A stretch of 64,000 nucleotides of DNA from Candidatus Poribacteria bacterium (GCA_963663765.2 CAXXUA010000003.1:128001-192000); one strand, 5' to 3'. Shown: positions 49,272 through 60,400, counted from the stretch's first letter. The notes: generated by a model from the sequence alone, not told the origin. Numbers and translations: made by a program.

Positions 49272-50330
49272 ATGGATAAACTAAAACTCGGTATAATTGG
49301 TGCTGGTGGAATCGTCTGCAGAATGCATCTACCAGATCTGAAAAGAGGCGAAGATTTTGAGGTTGATGTCATCGGGGGCAGACGCGAGCACCGACTAAAA
49401 CATCAATGTCAAGAATTTGGCATACCACGTTGGACACAAAATTACGAGGCGATTATAGCAGATGACTCACTTGACGCTATCCTCGTCGGGACACCGCACC
49501 CCCTACATGTGCCGTGGGGTGTGTTAGCATTGGAAGCAGACAAACATGTGTTGATGCAAAAGCCACTCTGCGGCGATATAGACGAAGCGAATCAGTTTGT
49601 AGATGCTGCTGAAGCGAGTGGAAAAACTGTCATGTGTCTTCCACATTTCAATGCCGGCATCTATAAAATTCGTCAACTCATTGCAGAAGAAGCCATCGGA
49701 CGTGTGTCAGGTGCAAGGATGCGACACAGCCACGGTGGTCCCGAGGTCTACTATGCTGAAATCCGAGACATTTTCGGTGAATCTGGTGACGACCTGTGGT
49801 TTTTTGATGCGAAACAAGCAAGTGTCGGCGCACTATTTGATATGGGTGTTTATGCTGTCTCTGGATTAGTTGCAATGCTTGGTACATTCAAACGCGTAAC
49901 AGGTTTCGTTTCCACTTTCGACAAACCCACTGAATTAGAGGACGTTGCAACATTGGTGCTTGAAATGCAATCAGGAGGTATTGTCACCGCTGAAACAAGT
50001 TGGTGTGACCCTGCAAGAACTGGCGAAGCTACCGTCCACGGTACTGCCGGCAAGTTCACCATGCCCGGTAAAGATGGTGCGACACTCACACAGTGGACAC
50101 CCACCTCTTACACCCGCGAGCATGCGCCGGTTGACACAAAAGCGATTGACTGCAGCGATGTCGCACCGAGTGGTATGCACGCACACTTCGCAGAACATAT
50201 CCGTGCTGGAACACAACCCCCTCTCTCCAATGTTTGGACAGCACGGCATGTCACTGAAATCCTACTTGCAGGTCTCAAATCTTCCGATACGGGAAGCGCA
50301 ATTGAACTCACCACAGAAGCGGACAAGTAA
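49272..50330 (+). CDS. Gfo/Idh/MocA oxidoreductase
   Basis: GIIGAGGI, HVLMQKP and GALFDMGVY motifs. Confidence 0.9.
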   Translation: MDKLKLGIIGAGGIVCRMHLPDLKRGEDFEVDVIGGRREHRLKHQCQEFGIPRWTQNYEAIIADDSLDAILVGTPHPLHVPWGVLALEADKHVLMQKPLCGDIDEANQFVDAAEASGKTVMCLPHFNAGIYKIRQLIAEEAIGRVSGARMRHSHGGPEVYYAEIRDIFGESGDDLWFFDAKQASVGALFDMGVYAVSGLVAMLGTFKRVTGFVSTFDKPTELEDVATLVLEMQSGGIVTAETSWCDPARTGEATVHGTAGKFTMPGKDGATLTQWTPTSYTREHAPVDTKAIDCSDVAPSGMHAHFAEHIRAGTQPPLSNVWTARHVTEILLAGLKSSDTGSAIELTTEADK

Positions 50331-50344
50331 CCTTGCAAACAAAA

Positions 50345-50394
50345 CAGACATCTCCATATAGGTATGTTTTCCGCACCCATAATGGAGATGTCTA
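50345..50394. terminator. Hairpin between convergent genes
   Basis: AGACATCTCCAT...ATGGAGATGTCT inverted repeat. Confidence 0.55.
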
Positions 50395-50399
50395 CACAA

Positions 50400-50849
50400 T
50401 TAACCTATATCCGCATGAAATTCATACCAATCATCAAGGTTATTGAGGTTGACAGCATCTAAAATCGTACCATCATCTTCAATACCGCTTGCACCGAGAA
50501 TACTTTTTCGGGTATCGTCATCGTGATTATACCCCCCTATCGCCGCATTTAGTTCTGCAACTGCGTCAGCATCAAGACTACCACCTTTCTGCTCTAAAAC
50601 CCACGCTTCAAATTGAGGATAGGTAGGCGAATTGTCTCGAATATATGCTAACGTTGCATCCTTATCAAGTCCAAGACCGTCCAACACCATCTGATCATAT
50701 CCCGAGCCACATGCCGGGTAGTCTTGATGTAGGACACCTTTGGAATCCATCAGAACTTTTGACCAAAACCTGGGGAGGTGTAACACCCCAAGTGGACCTT
50801 TGACTCCGGAACTGATAGTCGGAATCATCCTTTTTTTCCTTCCAAACAT
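50400..50849 (-). CDS. DUF5069-like protein
   Basis: LGVLHLPRFWSK, DYPACG..YDQMVL and LDD-W motifs; AAGGAGG RBS. Confidence 0.65.
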   Translation of the reverse strand: MFGRKKRMIPTISSGVKGPLGVLHLPRFWSKVLMDSKGVLHQDYPACGSGYDQMVLDGLGLDKDATLAYIRDNSPTYPQFEAWVLEQKGGSLDADAVAELNAAIGGYNHDDDTRKSILGASGIEDDGTILDAVNLNNLDDWYEFHADIG

Positions 50850-51050
50850 AACAAGCCTCCTTGCTAATTATGTGTTATACCAAATTAACGGGATTTATCT
50901 TTTTTCCGACGGTATGTGCGGTTTCCTAACCGAACACTTAGCAATACAGAATCACATTAATTGAGTATTACATAGAAGTCATAACGTGCAAGTCCATCTT
51001 GCAACCTAACCCATTATAGCAAACGTTCAAAAAAAGCTAAACATAATTTA

Positions 51051-51579
51051 CCTAAAATCCAGGGTTCTTCAGTTTTACCCATTTTTACCCGTTTCCTGAG
51101 AAAATCGCGACCGGGAGGTCGCTCCTACCACGGGGTTTCTTTTTCAAAAATCCAAAAATTAGGAAAACTGAATAACCCTACCTAAAATCCAGGGTTCTGC
51201 AGTTTTACCCATTTTTGCCCGTTTCCTGAGAAAATCGCGACCGGGAGGTCGCTCCTACCGCGGGGTTTCTTTTTCAAAAATCCAAAAATTAGGAAAACTG
51301 AATAACCCTACCTAAAATCCAGGGTTCTGCAGTTTTACCCATTTTTGCCCGTTTCCTGAGAAAATCGCGACCGGGAGGTCGCTCCTACCGCGGGGTTTCT
51401 TTTTCAAAAATCCAAAAATTAGGAAAACTGAATAACCCTACCTAAAATCCAGGGTTCTTCAGTTTTACCCATTTTTACCCGTTTCCTGAGAAAATCGCGA
51501 CCGGGAGGTCGCTCCTACCGCGGGGTTTCTTTTTCAAAAATCCAAAAATTAGGAAAACTGAATAACCCTACCTAAAATC
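51051..51579. repeat. Tandem array of four 130-bp units (MITE + 9-bp spacer)
   Basis: Units start at 51051, 51181, 51311 and 51441. Each is CCTAAAATC + CAGGGTTCT(T/G)CAGTTTT...AAAACTGAATAACCCTA. A final CCTAAAATC lies at 51571. Confidence 0.92.
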
Positions 51580-51763
51580 AGGTGTGTAAAGTTTTTGACA
51601 GACAGAATAGCGGTAGCGCAAACTTTATGAAGATTAGTTTATTAATTCGGAAATTATAGTCTCTATCAAACACGGTAGGTGTGGTTTCCGAACTGAACAA
51701 ATGTCCAATTAAATTCTAAAGTCTACTATAATATTTAGGAAGGCACTTGTGGTGATTATGCTT

Positions 51764-53377
51764 TTATTCTATGAAGCCGCGCAGACGATGACTGCGGATC
51801 GGGTGGCGGAGTTTACGGAGGGCTTTTGCTTCTATTTGACGAATACGTTCACGGGTGACATCAAAGACTACACCGACCTCTTCAAGCGTTTTTGGATAGC
51901 CAGTAGTAATGCACAACGCAGCGATTCTTTTACGCGTCGTTTCAGACAGCAACGGGTTCACAGTATCATCTTCAATACCGAACCGAAGTATAATGACTTC
52001 ACGTTCCCGTTCAGAAAGATCGGCAAGTGCTTCTTGGATACGTTCTTTGAGGATACTCAATTCTGCTTCTGTTGCGGGGGAAAGCACAGTTGCATCTTCA
52101 ATAAAATCACCCAACTGGCTATCATCGTCATCATCTCCGATTGGTGTTTCTAACGATACGGTTTCTGGCACAATACGCAACACTTCCCTTACCTTTTCTG
52201 CTGGAATCGCCATATCTTCAGCAATTTCTTCGGGCGTTGGTTTCCGTCCTAACTCTTGAAGTAACGATCGTTCGGTTCGCCGGAGTTTGTTGATTCTCTC
52301 ATGCATGTGAACAGGAATTCGGATAGTGCGTCCTTGGTCCGCTATAGCACGGGTGATACTCTGGCGTATCCACCAAGTTGCATAAGTGCTAAACTTAAAC
52401 CCGCGCTGATAATCAAACTTGTCAACAGCTCGCATTAACCCGATGTTACCTTCCTGTATCAGGTCGATAAATTCCAGTCCCGGAGCTTGATTCCGATACT
52501 TCTTTGCAATACTAACGACTAATCTGAGATTGGCTTTTACAATAGTGTTTTTTGCATCTTCAGCATTAGCTTCACCGATACAAATCTGCTTGGTAACCGC
52601 TTGGAGTCTGTCACGTGAAATACCAATGACGTTGATATAATGTTTAATTTCTCGCTGGTAACGGACGATAGTAATATAAGCCTCTTTTGCGGCAACATTC
52701 TTGAATTTATGTTTTTTGGGATCAAGTCTGCCGTTGAACCATTCATCGGGAATTTTATGTGTCTTTTGAAGGTGTAAGATTTCTTGTTCCCTATAGCTAA
52801 TTTCACGTTCAACATCCATAACCTGTGCAGATATTTTACTAATCTCTTCACGGTCAATTTTGAGTTGTCCGATCAGTTTAATAAAATTAGCATGATTACC
52901 GACAGTCTCAATTTCCACCAATGCCCCATTGTTGGCAGCCTTCTTCATAGCAGCAAGATATTCTAATTCTATTTTTTCAATAACTTGCATCGCCTTTTCA
53001 ACTTTGTCACGAAGTTTACGTTCTTTATCACGGGTCGAATTGCTGGAAATTACCATATCAATAATATCGGATGCCCGTTTTTTAGCGATGATAATTTTAT
53101 ATAGCAGTTTACGGACTTCTGCGATAGCTAATCTGGTAGTAAAGGTTGCCTCTTGTTCTTGACGTAGTCCCATCTCAATTTGCTGAGATAGTTCAATCTC
53201 TTCACCCTTGTCAAGTAACTGTATTTCCCCCATTTCGCGCAGATATGTCTTTAATATGTCTTCTCTTTCACTGATTTCTCCAGGAGGCAAATCAAGAATA
53301 TCGTCAATTTCGTTGTGCTCCGTATTTTCCGTTTCATTTATTTCTAATGGGCGTGTATTACTGTTACTGAAGTTCAC
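51764..53377 (-). CDS. rpoD: Primary sigma factor RpoD
   Basis: [30 protein letters not shown] and [17 protein letters not shown] motifs; downstream of dnaG. Confidence 0.95.
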   Translation of the reverse strand: MNFSNSNTRPLEINETENTEHNEIDDILDLPPGEISEREDILKTYLREMGEIQLLDKGEEIELSQQIEMGLRQEQEATFTTRLAIAEVRKLLYKIIIAKKRASDIIDMVISSNSTRDKERKLRDKVEKAMQVIEKIELEYLAAMKKAANNGALVEIETVGNHANFIKLIGQLKIDREEISKISAQVMDVEREISYREQEILHLQKTHKIPDEWFNGRLDPKKHKFKNVAAKEAYITIVRYQREIKHYINVIGISRDRLQAVTKQICIGEANAEDAKNTIVKANLRLVVSIAKKYRNQAPGLEFIDLIQEGNIGLMRAVDKFDYQRGFKFSTYATWWIRQSITRAIADQGRTIRIPVHMHERINKLRRTERSLLQELGRKPTPEEIAEDMAIPAEKVREVLRIVPETVSLETPIGDDDDDSQLGDFIEDATVLSPATEAELSILKERIQEALADLSEREREVIILRFGIEDDTVNPLLSETTRKRIAALCITTGYPKTLEEVGVVFDVTRERIRQIEAKALRKLRHPIRSHRLRGFIE

Positions 53378-53380
53378 CAG

Positions 53381-55246
53381 TTAACTCTCCTTTTTGATGT
53401 CGGCAGTCTTTTCAGAAATGTCCGTTACTTGTTCAGGCTGCAGTTTGTTTTGTTTTTGAACGATGTGCTTTTCTTGTGCAAACGCACGTCTTTGATTAGA
53501 TAGTTCTACAAGTTGCTGAAGGGTGTCAAAATCACCACCGTCTTCTGTTTGTGCTTTTGTTCGGATACGGTGTTCAATGTCACGGACAATATAACATTTC
53601 AGTTCTCTTATACAACCAGCAATTCTTGCGCTTGGGTTTGGAATGTTTTTCTTACGAATAAGTGCATTAGATATAATACTTTTTTGTGTGTCATCATCAC
53701 ACGTGTTAAGAATATGTTGTATTTCAATAGTATCTTCGGTTTCACTTACATTCCAAAGGATTTTTCCTATTTCTGCCAGATGAGGATTTGTAATATCTTG
53801 GTAATGAAATTTTGATTTCAATGTTGAAAGATGTTCTGGAAATTGGATGATTGTTTGGATAAGCTGCAATTCAATTTTTTCACGTGCTGACAGCTTCCTT
53901 GTTGTTGTTTGCCTTGAACCTTGATTAGATGTTACAGTCTCTTTCAAACCTAATTCGCGTAGTTCTCGCAAGAGTAACGCTTCGTCCACGTCCAATTCTC
54001 TAATAGTATATTTCACATATTCGGATCTTTCAAAGCGGTCTTGAATATTCACAAGTATCGCAGCAATATCTTTGATCACTTTCGCTTTGACATCAGGTTG
54101 CCGGATATTATCTGTCTGAATCGCGGATTGGATCTGAAATTCAATCAGGTTTATTGCTTTCTTTACCAGTTCATCAAAAGCATCAGCACCGTTTTCCTTG
54201 ACAAAAGAATCTGGGTCATCGCCTTTCGGAACCAAAGCAATACGCACACGGAGTCCTTCTCCAATGAGTTTATGTAATCCACGTTGCGCAGCTTGGATAC
54301 CAGAAGCATCACCATCAAATACAATCACAACTTCAGGTGTATACCGTTTCAGGAGTGCCGCGTGTTCTTCACTGAGAGATGTACCAGACGAAGCAACCAC
54401 GTTTTCAATCCCGTGCTGATGGAGCATCATAACATCCATATAACCTTCTACAAGCAGGACAAACCGTTTTCTGGAAATAGATTGTTTCGCTTTGTCAAGA
54501 TTGAAAAGGATTCTGCTCTTGTTATATAGGATTGTCCCAGGAGAATTCAGGTATTTTGGCTGATGTGTATCAGAAAGTGAACGTCCACCAAAACCAACAG
54601 GCACACCTCTTTCATTGTAAATTGGAAACAAAATTCTATTCCAAAATCGATCTTGTGGACCATACTCCTCATTCCTAATTAAACCTACATCAACTAACTG
54701 CTGTATTGACCATCCTTCATGCGTTGCAGCCTTGACTAAATCCTTGCGTTGTGATTTTGCATAACCAAGTTGGAACAAATGTGTGGTTTGTGAAAGCAGC
54801 CCTCTATCTATCAGATATTCTCTTGCATGCTGGCTGTGCTGACCCGTGCGCAGAAGTTCGTGATAATACTTCACCGCAAACCTGTTAAGTTCACTCAGGT
54901 CATTCATTAGTTTTTGGCGTGCAGTGGATTTAGGGTCCCTTGTTGGCAACGGTATATTTGCACGTTCAGCAAGCCATTCTATCGCTTCTAAAAAGGTTTT
55001 GCCCTCATGTTTTTGCAGAAAACTGATGACGTTGCCACCTGTATTACATCCAAAACAGTTGAATATCTGTTTTTCTGCCAACACAGAAAAAGAAGGTGTT
55101 TTTTCCTGATGAAACGGACAGAGTGCTTTGAAGTTCGACCCAACTTGTGTCAAAGAAACACCGCATTCGGTTATTACTTCGGCAATATCATTCCGATTCT
55201 GAATTTCGTCAATAGTTTCTGGTGGAATATAGTTTTTTGATGCCAT
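53381..55246 (-). CDS. dnaG: DNA primase
   Basis: CPFHQEKTPSF..CFGC zinc finger; KYLNSP; VEGYMD and FDGD TOPRIM motifs. Confidence 0.97.
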   Translation of the reverse strand: MASKNYIPPETIDEIQNRNDIAEVITECGVSLTQVGSNFKALCPFHQEKTPSFSVLAEKQIFNCFGCNTGGNVISFLQKHEGKTFLEAIEWLAERANIPLPTRDPKSTARQKLMNDLSELNRFAVKYYHELLRTGQHSQHAREYLIDRGLLSQTTHLFQLGYAKSQRKDLVKAATHEGWSIQQLVDVGLIRNEEYGPQDRFWNRILFPIYNERGVPVGFGGRSLSDTHQPKYLNSPGTILYNKSRILFNLDKAKQSISRKRFVLLVEGYMDVMMLHQHGIENVVASSGTSLSEEHAALLKRYTPEVVIVFDGDASGIQAAQRGLHKLIGEGLRVRIALVPKGDDPDSFVKENGADAFDELVKKAINLIEFQIQSAIQTDNIRQPDVKAKVIKDIAAILVNIQDRFERSEYVKYTIRELDVDEALLLRELRELGLKETVTSNQGSRQTTTRKLSAREKIELQLIQTIIQFPEHLSTLKSKFHYQDITNPHLAEIGKILWNVSETEDTIEIQHILNTCDDDTQKSIISNALIRKKNIPNPSARIAGCIRELKCYIVRDIEHRIRTKAQTEDGGDFDTLQQLVELSNQRRAFAQEKHIVQKQNKLQPEQVTDISEKTADIKKES

Positions 55247-55329
55247 AAGAAAACCTCAAAATTGAGATGCAAATTGTAGAACCAATTATTATTAACGTCT
55301 ATCATTCAAGATATACTTCAACTAAAACG

Positions 55330-57762
55330 TCATTCTTTGAATTTAACAACCGTTACACCTTCTCCACCTTCAGCATACGATGCGTATTGATAATTCGCTA
55401 CATGCGGATTGTCGTCTAATAACTTGTGAACCGCACTGCGCATTGCACCAGAACCTTTCCCATGTGTGATTCGGACAGTTAACAAACCAGCAAGGTACGC
55501 ATCATCCAAATATTTATCGGTAAGTTTTATCCCATCTTCTACCAACAAGCCACGAAGCATGATTTCTTCTTTGATTGTATTCGCTTTGTTATGTTGAATA
55601 TCAAGGACAGACGTTGAGAGCTTACCAGAGCCTTCTTTCGGCAGGACAGAATCTATATCGTCATAAGTCAGATGCATCTGCATATTGCCGACACGAACGT
55701 GTAACGGGGCACTGCTTTGCTTGGTAATCGCGGTGACCTCTGCAAACCGATTCAGTTGCTTTATGTGGACTTTGTCGCCAATCTTGACGTTGCGTATGAT
55801 TTTCTTAGGTTGTTTTTTGGGTGGGTCAGGTTTGAGTTGTTCTTTGACTTTTTCTATTTTTTCGTAAGCATCTCGGATGCTTATTTTTGTAGCTTGTTCT
55901 TGGCGTATATCAGTAACTACGTTGTCGACCGTTTTTCTTGCTGTAGAGATTATTTCATACGCCTGTTTTTCTGCATTCTGTCGTAGTGTTTTTTCTGCCG
56001 TTTCAAAAGTGTCAAGTAGTGCTTTATATTTTTGATACTCTGTCTCAGCGTGGTTGATTTTTTCCTGAAGTATTTCCTGTTCAGTATCCAATTCGGCTTG
56101 CGTTTTTTGCAGTTTTATTAGCAAATCGTCAATAGCAACGTTGTTACTCCCTAAATGCGTTTCAGCATCGGTGAGGATCTGTTTCGGAAGTCCGAGTTGT
56201 TCAGCGATTTTGATTGCGTTACTACTTCCCGGCACGCCTATCTGTAATCTGTATGTTGGACGTTGTGTGCTCCAATCAAATTCCATTGAGGCGTTTTCCA
56301 TGTGGTCATGTGTATGTGTGTATGCCTTCAATGCTCCGCAATGTGTTGTAACGATGGTTCTGGCTTTCCGCGTGCTTAACCATGTTAAGATTGCAATACC
56401 GAGTGCTGTACCTTCAGCAGGATCAGTTCCCGCACCGATTTCATCTAATAGAACAAGCGAGTATGCTGATTCAGAATTCTTAATTGCCTTCAACATTTCA
56501 GCAATTTTTGTGATGTGTGAGGAAAATGTACTGAGACTCTGCTCAATGTTCTGGTCGTCACCAATATCAGCAAAGATTTGATCAAAAATAGGTAGTTGGC
56601 TCCCTTTTGCTGCGGGAATGTGCAAGCCGGATTGTGCCATAAGACATAACAAACCGAGAGTCTTTAAAACAACCGTTTTTCCACCGGTGTTTGGTCCTGT
56701 GATAACAAGCGTATTGAAATCCTCTCCAACATGAACATCAGTAGGAATGACTTTTGTCGGTTGTGTTGTCTTGTCAAGTTTCTGTGTGTCCTGTTTTTTG
56801 GATTGCAGGTCAGCGCGCGTATGGAATTCAAGCAAAGGATGTCGCGCGTCAACGAGGTTAACGATTCCACCCATATTTATTTTAGGTTCAACAGCATCTA
56901 AATCTAAACTGAAACGCGCTTTTGCACTCATAAAGTCAAGTTCCGCTAACATATCAAGCACAAGCTCAAGATCAGCAAGTCGTTCACGGAGTTCGTCAGA
57001 CAATTGCAGGAGAATCCTGCGTATTTCGTCCTGTTCTGCTTCAGCAGCTGAGTGGAGTGTGTTGTTCATCTCAACGACTGCCAAAGGTTCCATAAAATAT
57101 GTAGCACCACTGGTAGATTTCCCCTGAACGACACCGCGGAAAAATGATTTGGCATCTTGTTTAATCGGGATCACATACCGGTTGTTTCGTGAGGTAATAA
57201 CTGACTCTTGGATGGATTTTTGATGGTCGGAAGAACGGAGGATCGCTTCTAATTTCTCGTGAATGTCGTTACGGATTTTTTGGAGTTTGCGCCGAATAGA
57301 ACGCAACTCAGCACTGGCACTGTCAAGAACAACGCCTTCAGGACTGATACAATAGAATATTGATTCAACAAGGTCATCAAAAACAGGCAAGGAGTCTATA
57401 ATCCTTAACAAACGAGGAAACTGATCACGACTCTGACCTTTGAATTTCTTTTTAATGGCAGACGATAGTTTTGCTACCTTCGCAACATTTAACAAATCTT
57501 CAGGAGATAAGATCGCATGTAATTTAGAAACTTGGCGCAGGATATTAGTAATGTCCGTTAATCCATCTAAAGGTATTTCACCAAACTTCTGATAGAAGGT
57601 TTTCGTCTCGGAACATAACTTCAAGAGATGATAAACCGTATCGGGTGTATTGAAAGGCACAAGTTTATCAACCCGTGCATCTCCTAATTCAGATGCGGTA
57701 TACCTTTTCAAGAATATCTTGAGTTTATCGTATTCTAAGGCTTTTTCTACGCCGGGTAGCAT
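55330..57762 (-). CDS. mutS2: Endonuclease MutS2
   Basis: ITGPNTGGKT, DEIGAGTDP and C-terminal Smr HGKGSG motifs. Confidence 0.96.
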   Translation of the reverse strand: MLPGVEKALEYDKLKIFLKRYTASELGDARVDKLVPFNTPDTVYHLLKLCSETKTFYQKFGEIPLDGLTDITNILRQVSKLHAILSPEDLLNVAKVAKLSSAIKKKFKGQSRDQFPRLLRIIDSLPVFDDLVESIFYCISPEGVVLDSASAELRSIRRKLQKIRNDIHEKLEAILRSSDHQKSIQESVITSRNNRYVIPIKQDAKSFFRGVVQGKSTSGATYFMEPLAVVEMNNTLHSAAEAEQDEIRRILLQLSDELRERLADLELVLDMLAELDFMSAKARFSLDLDAVEPKINMGGIVNLVDARHPLLEFHTRADLQSKKQDTQKLDKTTQPTKVIPTDVHVGEDFNTLVITGPNTGGKTVVLKTLGLLCLMAQSGLHIPAAKGSQLPIFDQIFADIGDDQNIEQSLSTFSSHITKIAEMLKAIKNSESAYSLVLLDEIGAGTDPAEGTALGIAILTWLSTRKARTIVTTHCGALKAYTHTHDHMENASMEFDWSTQRPTYRLQIGVPGSSNAIKIAEQLGLPKQILTDAETHLGSNNVAIDDLLIKLQKTQAELDTEQEILQEKINHAETEYQKYKALLDTFETAEKTLRQNAEKQAYEIISTARKTVDNVVTDIRQEQATKISIRDAYEKIEKVKEQLKPDPPKKQPKKIIRNVKIGDKVHIKQLNRFAEVTAITKQSSAPLHVRVGNMQMHLTYDDIDSVLPKEGSGKLSTSVLDIQHNKANTIKEEIMLRGLLVEDGIKLTDKYLDDAYLAGLLTVRITHGKGSGAMRSAVHKLLDDNPHVANYQYASYAEGGEGVTVVKFKE

Positions 57763-57849
57763 GGTTCTAACCTATGTGATGTGATATTATGCGACTTCTA
57801 TGTGTTGATGTAGCATTCTTCCGTAGGTCGGGTAGAGTTTACGATACCC

Positions 57850-58027
57850 TATAGGTGTCAACTTAAGGATATTAACCTCTTGTGGGAGGGGTTTTCAACC
57901 CCGACAGAAGCCAAACGCGCTTCTGACGTTGATTTGGATTTATTAGTGCATTTCCGCTCAAATCGGGGTTAAAAACCCCTCCCACAAGAGAAAATGCAAA
58001 CAATATTTTCTTAAGTTGACACCTATA
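57850..58027. mobile_element. MITE family B (TIR TAGGTGTCAACTTAAG) with 19-bp flanking direct repeat
   Basis: TIRs at 57850 and 58027; GGTAGAGTTTAC(G/A)ATACCC at 57831-49 and 58028-46; internal TGTGGGAGGGGTTTT REP palindromes. Confidence 0.85.
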
Positions 58028-58153
58028 GGTAGAGTTTACAATACCCTATCCACAATTAAATTCGGAATTCACGCTAAAATGTATTTGGTATGTGACAGGT
58101 ACTAAACAGAAGGAATTATAAAAACAGTGTTAACAGAAAACGTGTGAAAAATA

Positions 58154-59158
58154 TTATCTCAATTTGCGTTTGACAACCCCCCATGTTGTTGCTAACTTCC
58201 GTTGCGGTTCAACCGGAAGCGGTTCATCCCGCCACCAAGAGATAGTAAATATGCCTCCATCCACTTCAAACAAAGACCTTGTCTTTTCTTCTTCAAGGTC
58301 ATACAGATAGAAAACACCCCACCGAGAATAGATAATAGATTGCGAATCATCCGACCAATCTGACCACATGCTGGTATTCTTATCTACATCAAAGAGGGCT
58401 GCAATTTGCCTTGTTTCTACATCAATCGTGTATAAGGTGTCAAATTCTCTATTCCACCTTTTGAATAAAATCTTCTGTCCATCGGGTGACCAAACAGGAT
58501 AATAGTCTATATTAAATTCAGTAAGTACTTCTACTTCCTTCGTTTCCGTATCTAAGAGATAGAGTTGTTCTAACCCCCCTGATCGTTCAAGAGAAAACAC
58601 AAGCCTTCTACTGTCTGGTCCCCATGAGATTCCATAAAAGAAAAAAGTTCTACCAAAATGGGGTATTGAAGTAACTGTTTCCATTTCACCCGTCTTTAGG
58701 TCCATAATCCAAATTTGGTTTTCTTGTTGTTGCTGTTCACTTGTATATCCATTAAAAGCGAGTTTTTTTCCATTCGGAGAAACGGAGAGGAAACGGTAAG
58801 TACCGCCAACCTCTGTCAATCGTGTCTTTTGTCTCGGTTTATTTACATCAATAGAAAATATGTGGAATTCAGTGTCTACACGTTGAACAAAGTAGAGAGT
58901 GTCTTCCTCCGGCGACCATGTTGCATACAAGCCTGTTTGATTCAATGGTAGAGTTGTATAGTCATCATCGCCTTTGAAAGTCGTCATGTAGAGGTTATAA
59001 GCTAATCTCCCTTCCCTTTCATTAAATCCTGACACTGCATAAGCTATCCGTCCCGAGAGCTCAGCCTCTACTCCAACAGGTAAACAGAGAAAAACATACA
59101 TGAACACCAACAGGAGTAATTTTATTTTTTTCGCAACATGAAAACACGCAAGACGCAT
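58154..59158 (-). CDS. Secreted TolB/PD40 beta-propeller protein with C-terminal 'KLATTWG' motif
   Basis: WSP-D/E repeats; C-terminus PVEPQRKLATTWGVVK. Confidence 0.8.
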   Translation of the reverse strand: MRLACFHVAKKIKLLLLVFMYVFLCLPVGVEAELSGRIAYAVSGFNEREGRLAYNLYMTTFKGDDDYTTLPLNQTGLYATWSPEEDTLYFVQRVDTEFHIFSIDVNKPRQKTRLTEVGGTYRFLSVSPNGKKLAFNGYTSEQQQQENQIWIMDLKTGEMETVTSIPHFGRTFFFYGISWGPDSRRLVFSLERSGGLEQLYLLDTETKEVEVLTEFNIDYYPVWSPDGQKILFKRWNREFDTLYTIDVETRQIAALFDVDKNTSMWSDWSDDSQSIIYSRWGVFYLYDLEEEKTRSLFEVDGGIFTISWWRDEPLPVEPQRKLATTWGVVKRKLR

Positions 59159-59159
59159 A

Positions 59160-60299
59160 TCATTCCTCATTAATTGTAAGACGATCATAGTTGAGAAGGG
59201 CGTGATCGTAAAGGTCTTTGCTTAATCCAAACTTATCAAAATCTATCGCTCGGTCATATCCGCTGAGTGCAGCACTCTGATACCCAGATTTCTCCGAATT
59301 TCTGGCATTTCTGACATTGCCAATAAAAATGGTTGCTTGATCTTCGAAGGTACGGATTCGTTTTCGCACTTCCGCTAACAACCCACCCGAAATATCTTTG
59401 TCTACCTTATATTTACGAATGACATCTGTATACGCAACAAATGCTTCAAAAAAAAGTTCTTCCGCTTCCAATCGGTTCGCTGCAGTAAGGTCAATAGGTT
59501 CCTCAATAACGGTGATAACTTCATTGGCTTCTTTTATCAGTTCAATACTTTTCTGCTGTAATCCTTTTTGAATAGTTAACTCAAAATCATCAATAATGTC
59601 CTTATATGTTGTTTTCGCATCTTCTACTGATTTGATCTCTTCATAACAGAGTGCTTGATTATATTTTGCGTTTGCAATTACATAACGGCGTATCTCTGGC
59701 GCAAGATTGGCTGTCGTTGGAAATGATTGCGCATCATACTCGGTAATCGCTTTTTCGTAGTCACCTTCCTGTTCGTAACAGTTGCCTATTGCTTTCTGTG
59801 CATAGAGTGCGTAAATCTGATTTTCAGGTTTATGCGTCTTAATGACTTGTTCAAATTCCGCGCGAGCCTCAGCATACTTTCCTTGATAGTAGAGTGTTTT
59901 TGCGTAATCAAATTTGGCTTTATCACCTAATGCGGTGTTCGCATACTTTTCAGAAAATGCCTTTAGATTTTCTTCTGCATCTTGGAAAGTTGTTTTTTCA
60001 GTTTCCGCATCATCCCCGTTGTCATCTTCATCCTCAGTAGGTGTGACTAATTCTAAGTAGTTCTTTTCAGCTTCCTTATATATTTCTGAAACTCCAGCAT
60101 AGTTTGCAGACGCTTCCACATGCCTTTTTTCCTTATTTTGTGAATAAGCGATATACGCAAACACACCGACAATGACAACTGCCAGCACAATGATGATCGT
60201 TTTGACATTATCCTTCAAAAATGCATAACATTTCAGAACAAAGTCAATAAATTTATCTTCTTGTATTTCTTCTTTTGTTAATCGTTTATTTTGTGACAT
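59160..60299 (-). CDS. Membrane-anchored TPR protein (YfgM-like N-terminus)
   Basis: RLTKEEIQEDKF followed by a TM; TPR helices. Confidence 0.8.
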   Translation of the reverse strand: MSQNKRLTKEEIQEDKFIDFVLKCYAFLKDNVKTIIIVLAVVIVGVFAYIAYSQNKEKRHVEASANYAGVSEIYKEAEKNYLELVTPTEDEDDNGDDAETEKTTFQDAEENLKAFSEKYANTALGDKAKFDYAKTLYYQGKYAEARAEFEQVIKTHKPENQIYALYAQKAIGNCYEQEGDYEKAITEYDAQSFPTTANLAPEIRRYVIANAKYNQALCYEEIKSVEDAKTTYKDIIDDFELTIQKGLQQKSIELIKEANEVITVIEEPIDLTAANRLEAEELFFEAFVAYTDVIRKYKVDKDISGGLLAEVRKRIRTFEDQATIFIGNVRNARNSEKSGYQSAALSGYDRAIDFDKFGLSKDLYDHALLNYDRLTINEE

Positions 60300-60328
60300 G
60301 GTTTCCCCAGAATTGTGTTAACATTACA

Positions 60329-60400
60329 AGCGGGTGACGGGAATTGAACCCGCGACCCTCAGCTTGGGAAGCTGACGCTCTACCGCTGAGCTACACCCGC
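60329..60400 (-). tRNA. tRNA-Gly(CCC)
   Basis: Reverse complement GCGGGTGTAGCTCAGCGGTAGAGCG-TCAGC TTCCCAA GCTGA-...GGTTCAATTCCCGTCACCCGCT. Confidence 0.95.

Noticed and set aside
51051-51579. Possible CRISPR array for the type III system
   Set aside because: Whole 130-bp units are near-identical with no unique spacers, and the units have terminal inverted repeats, so this is a MITE tandem array.
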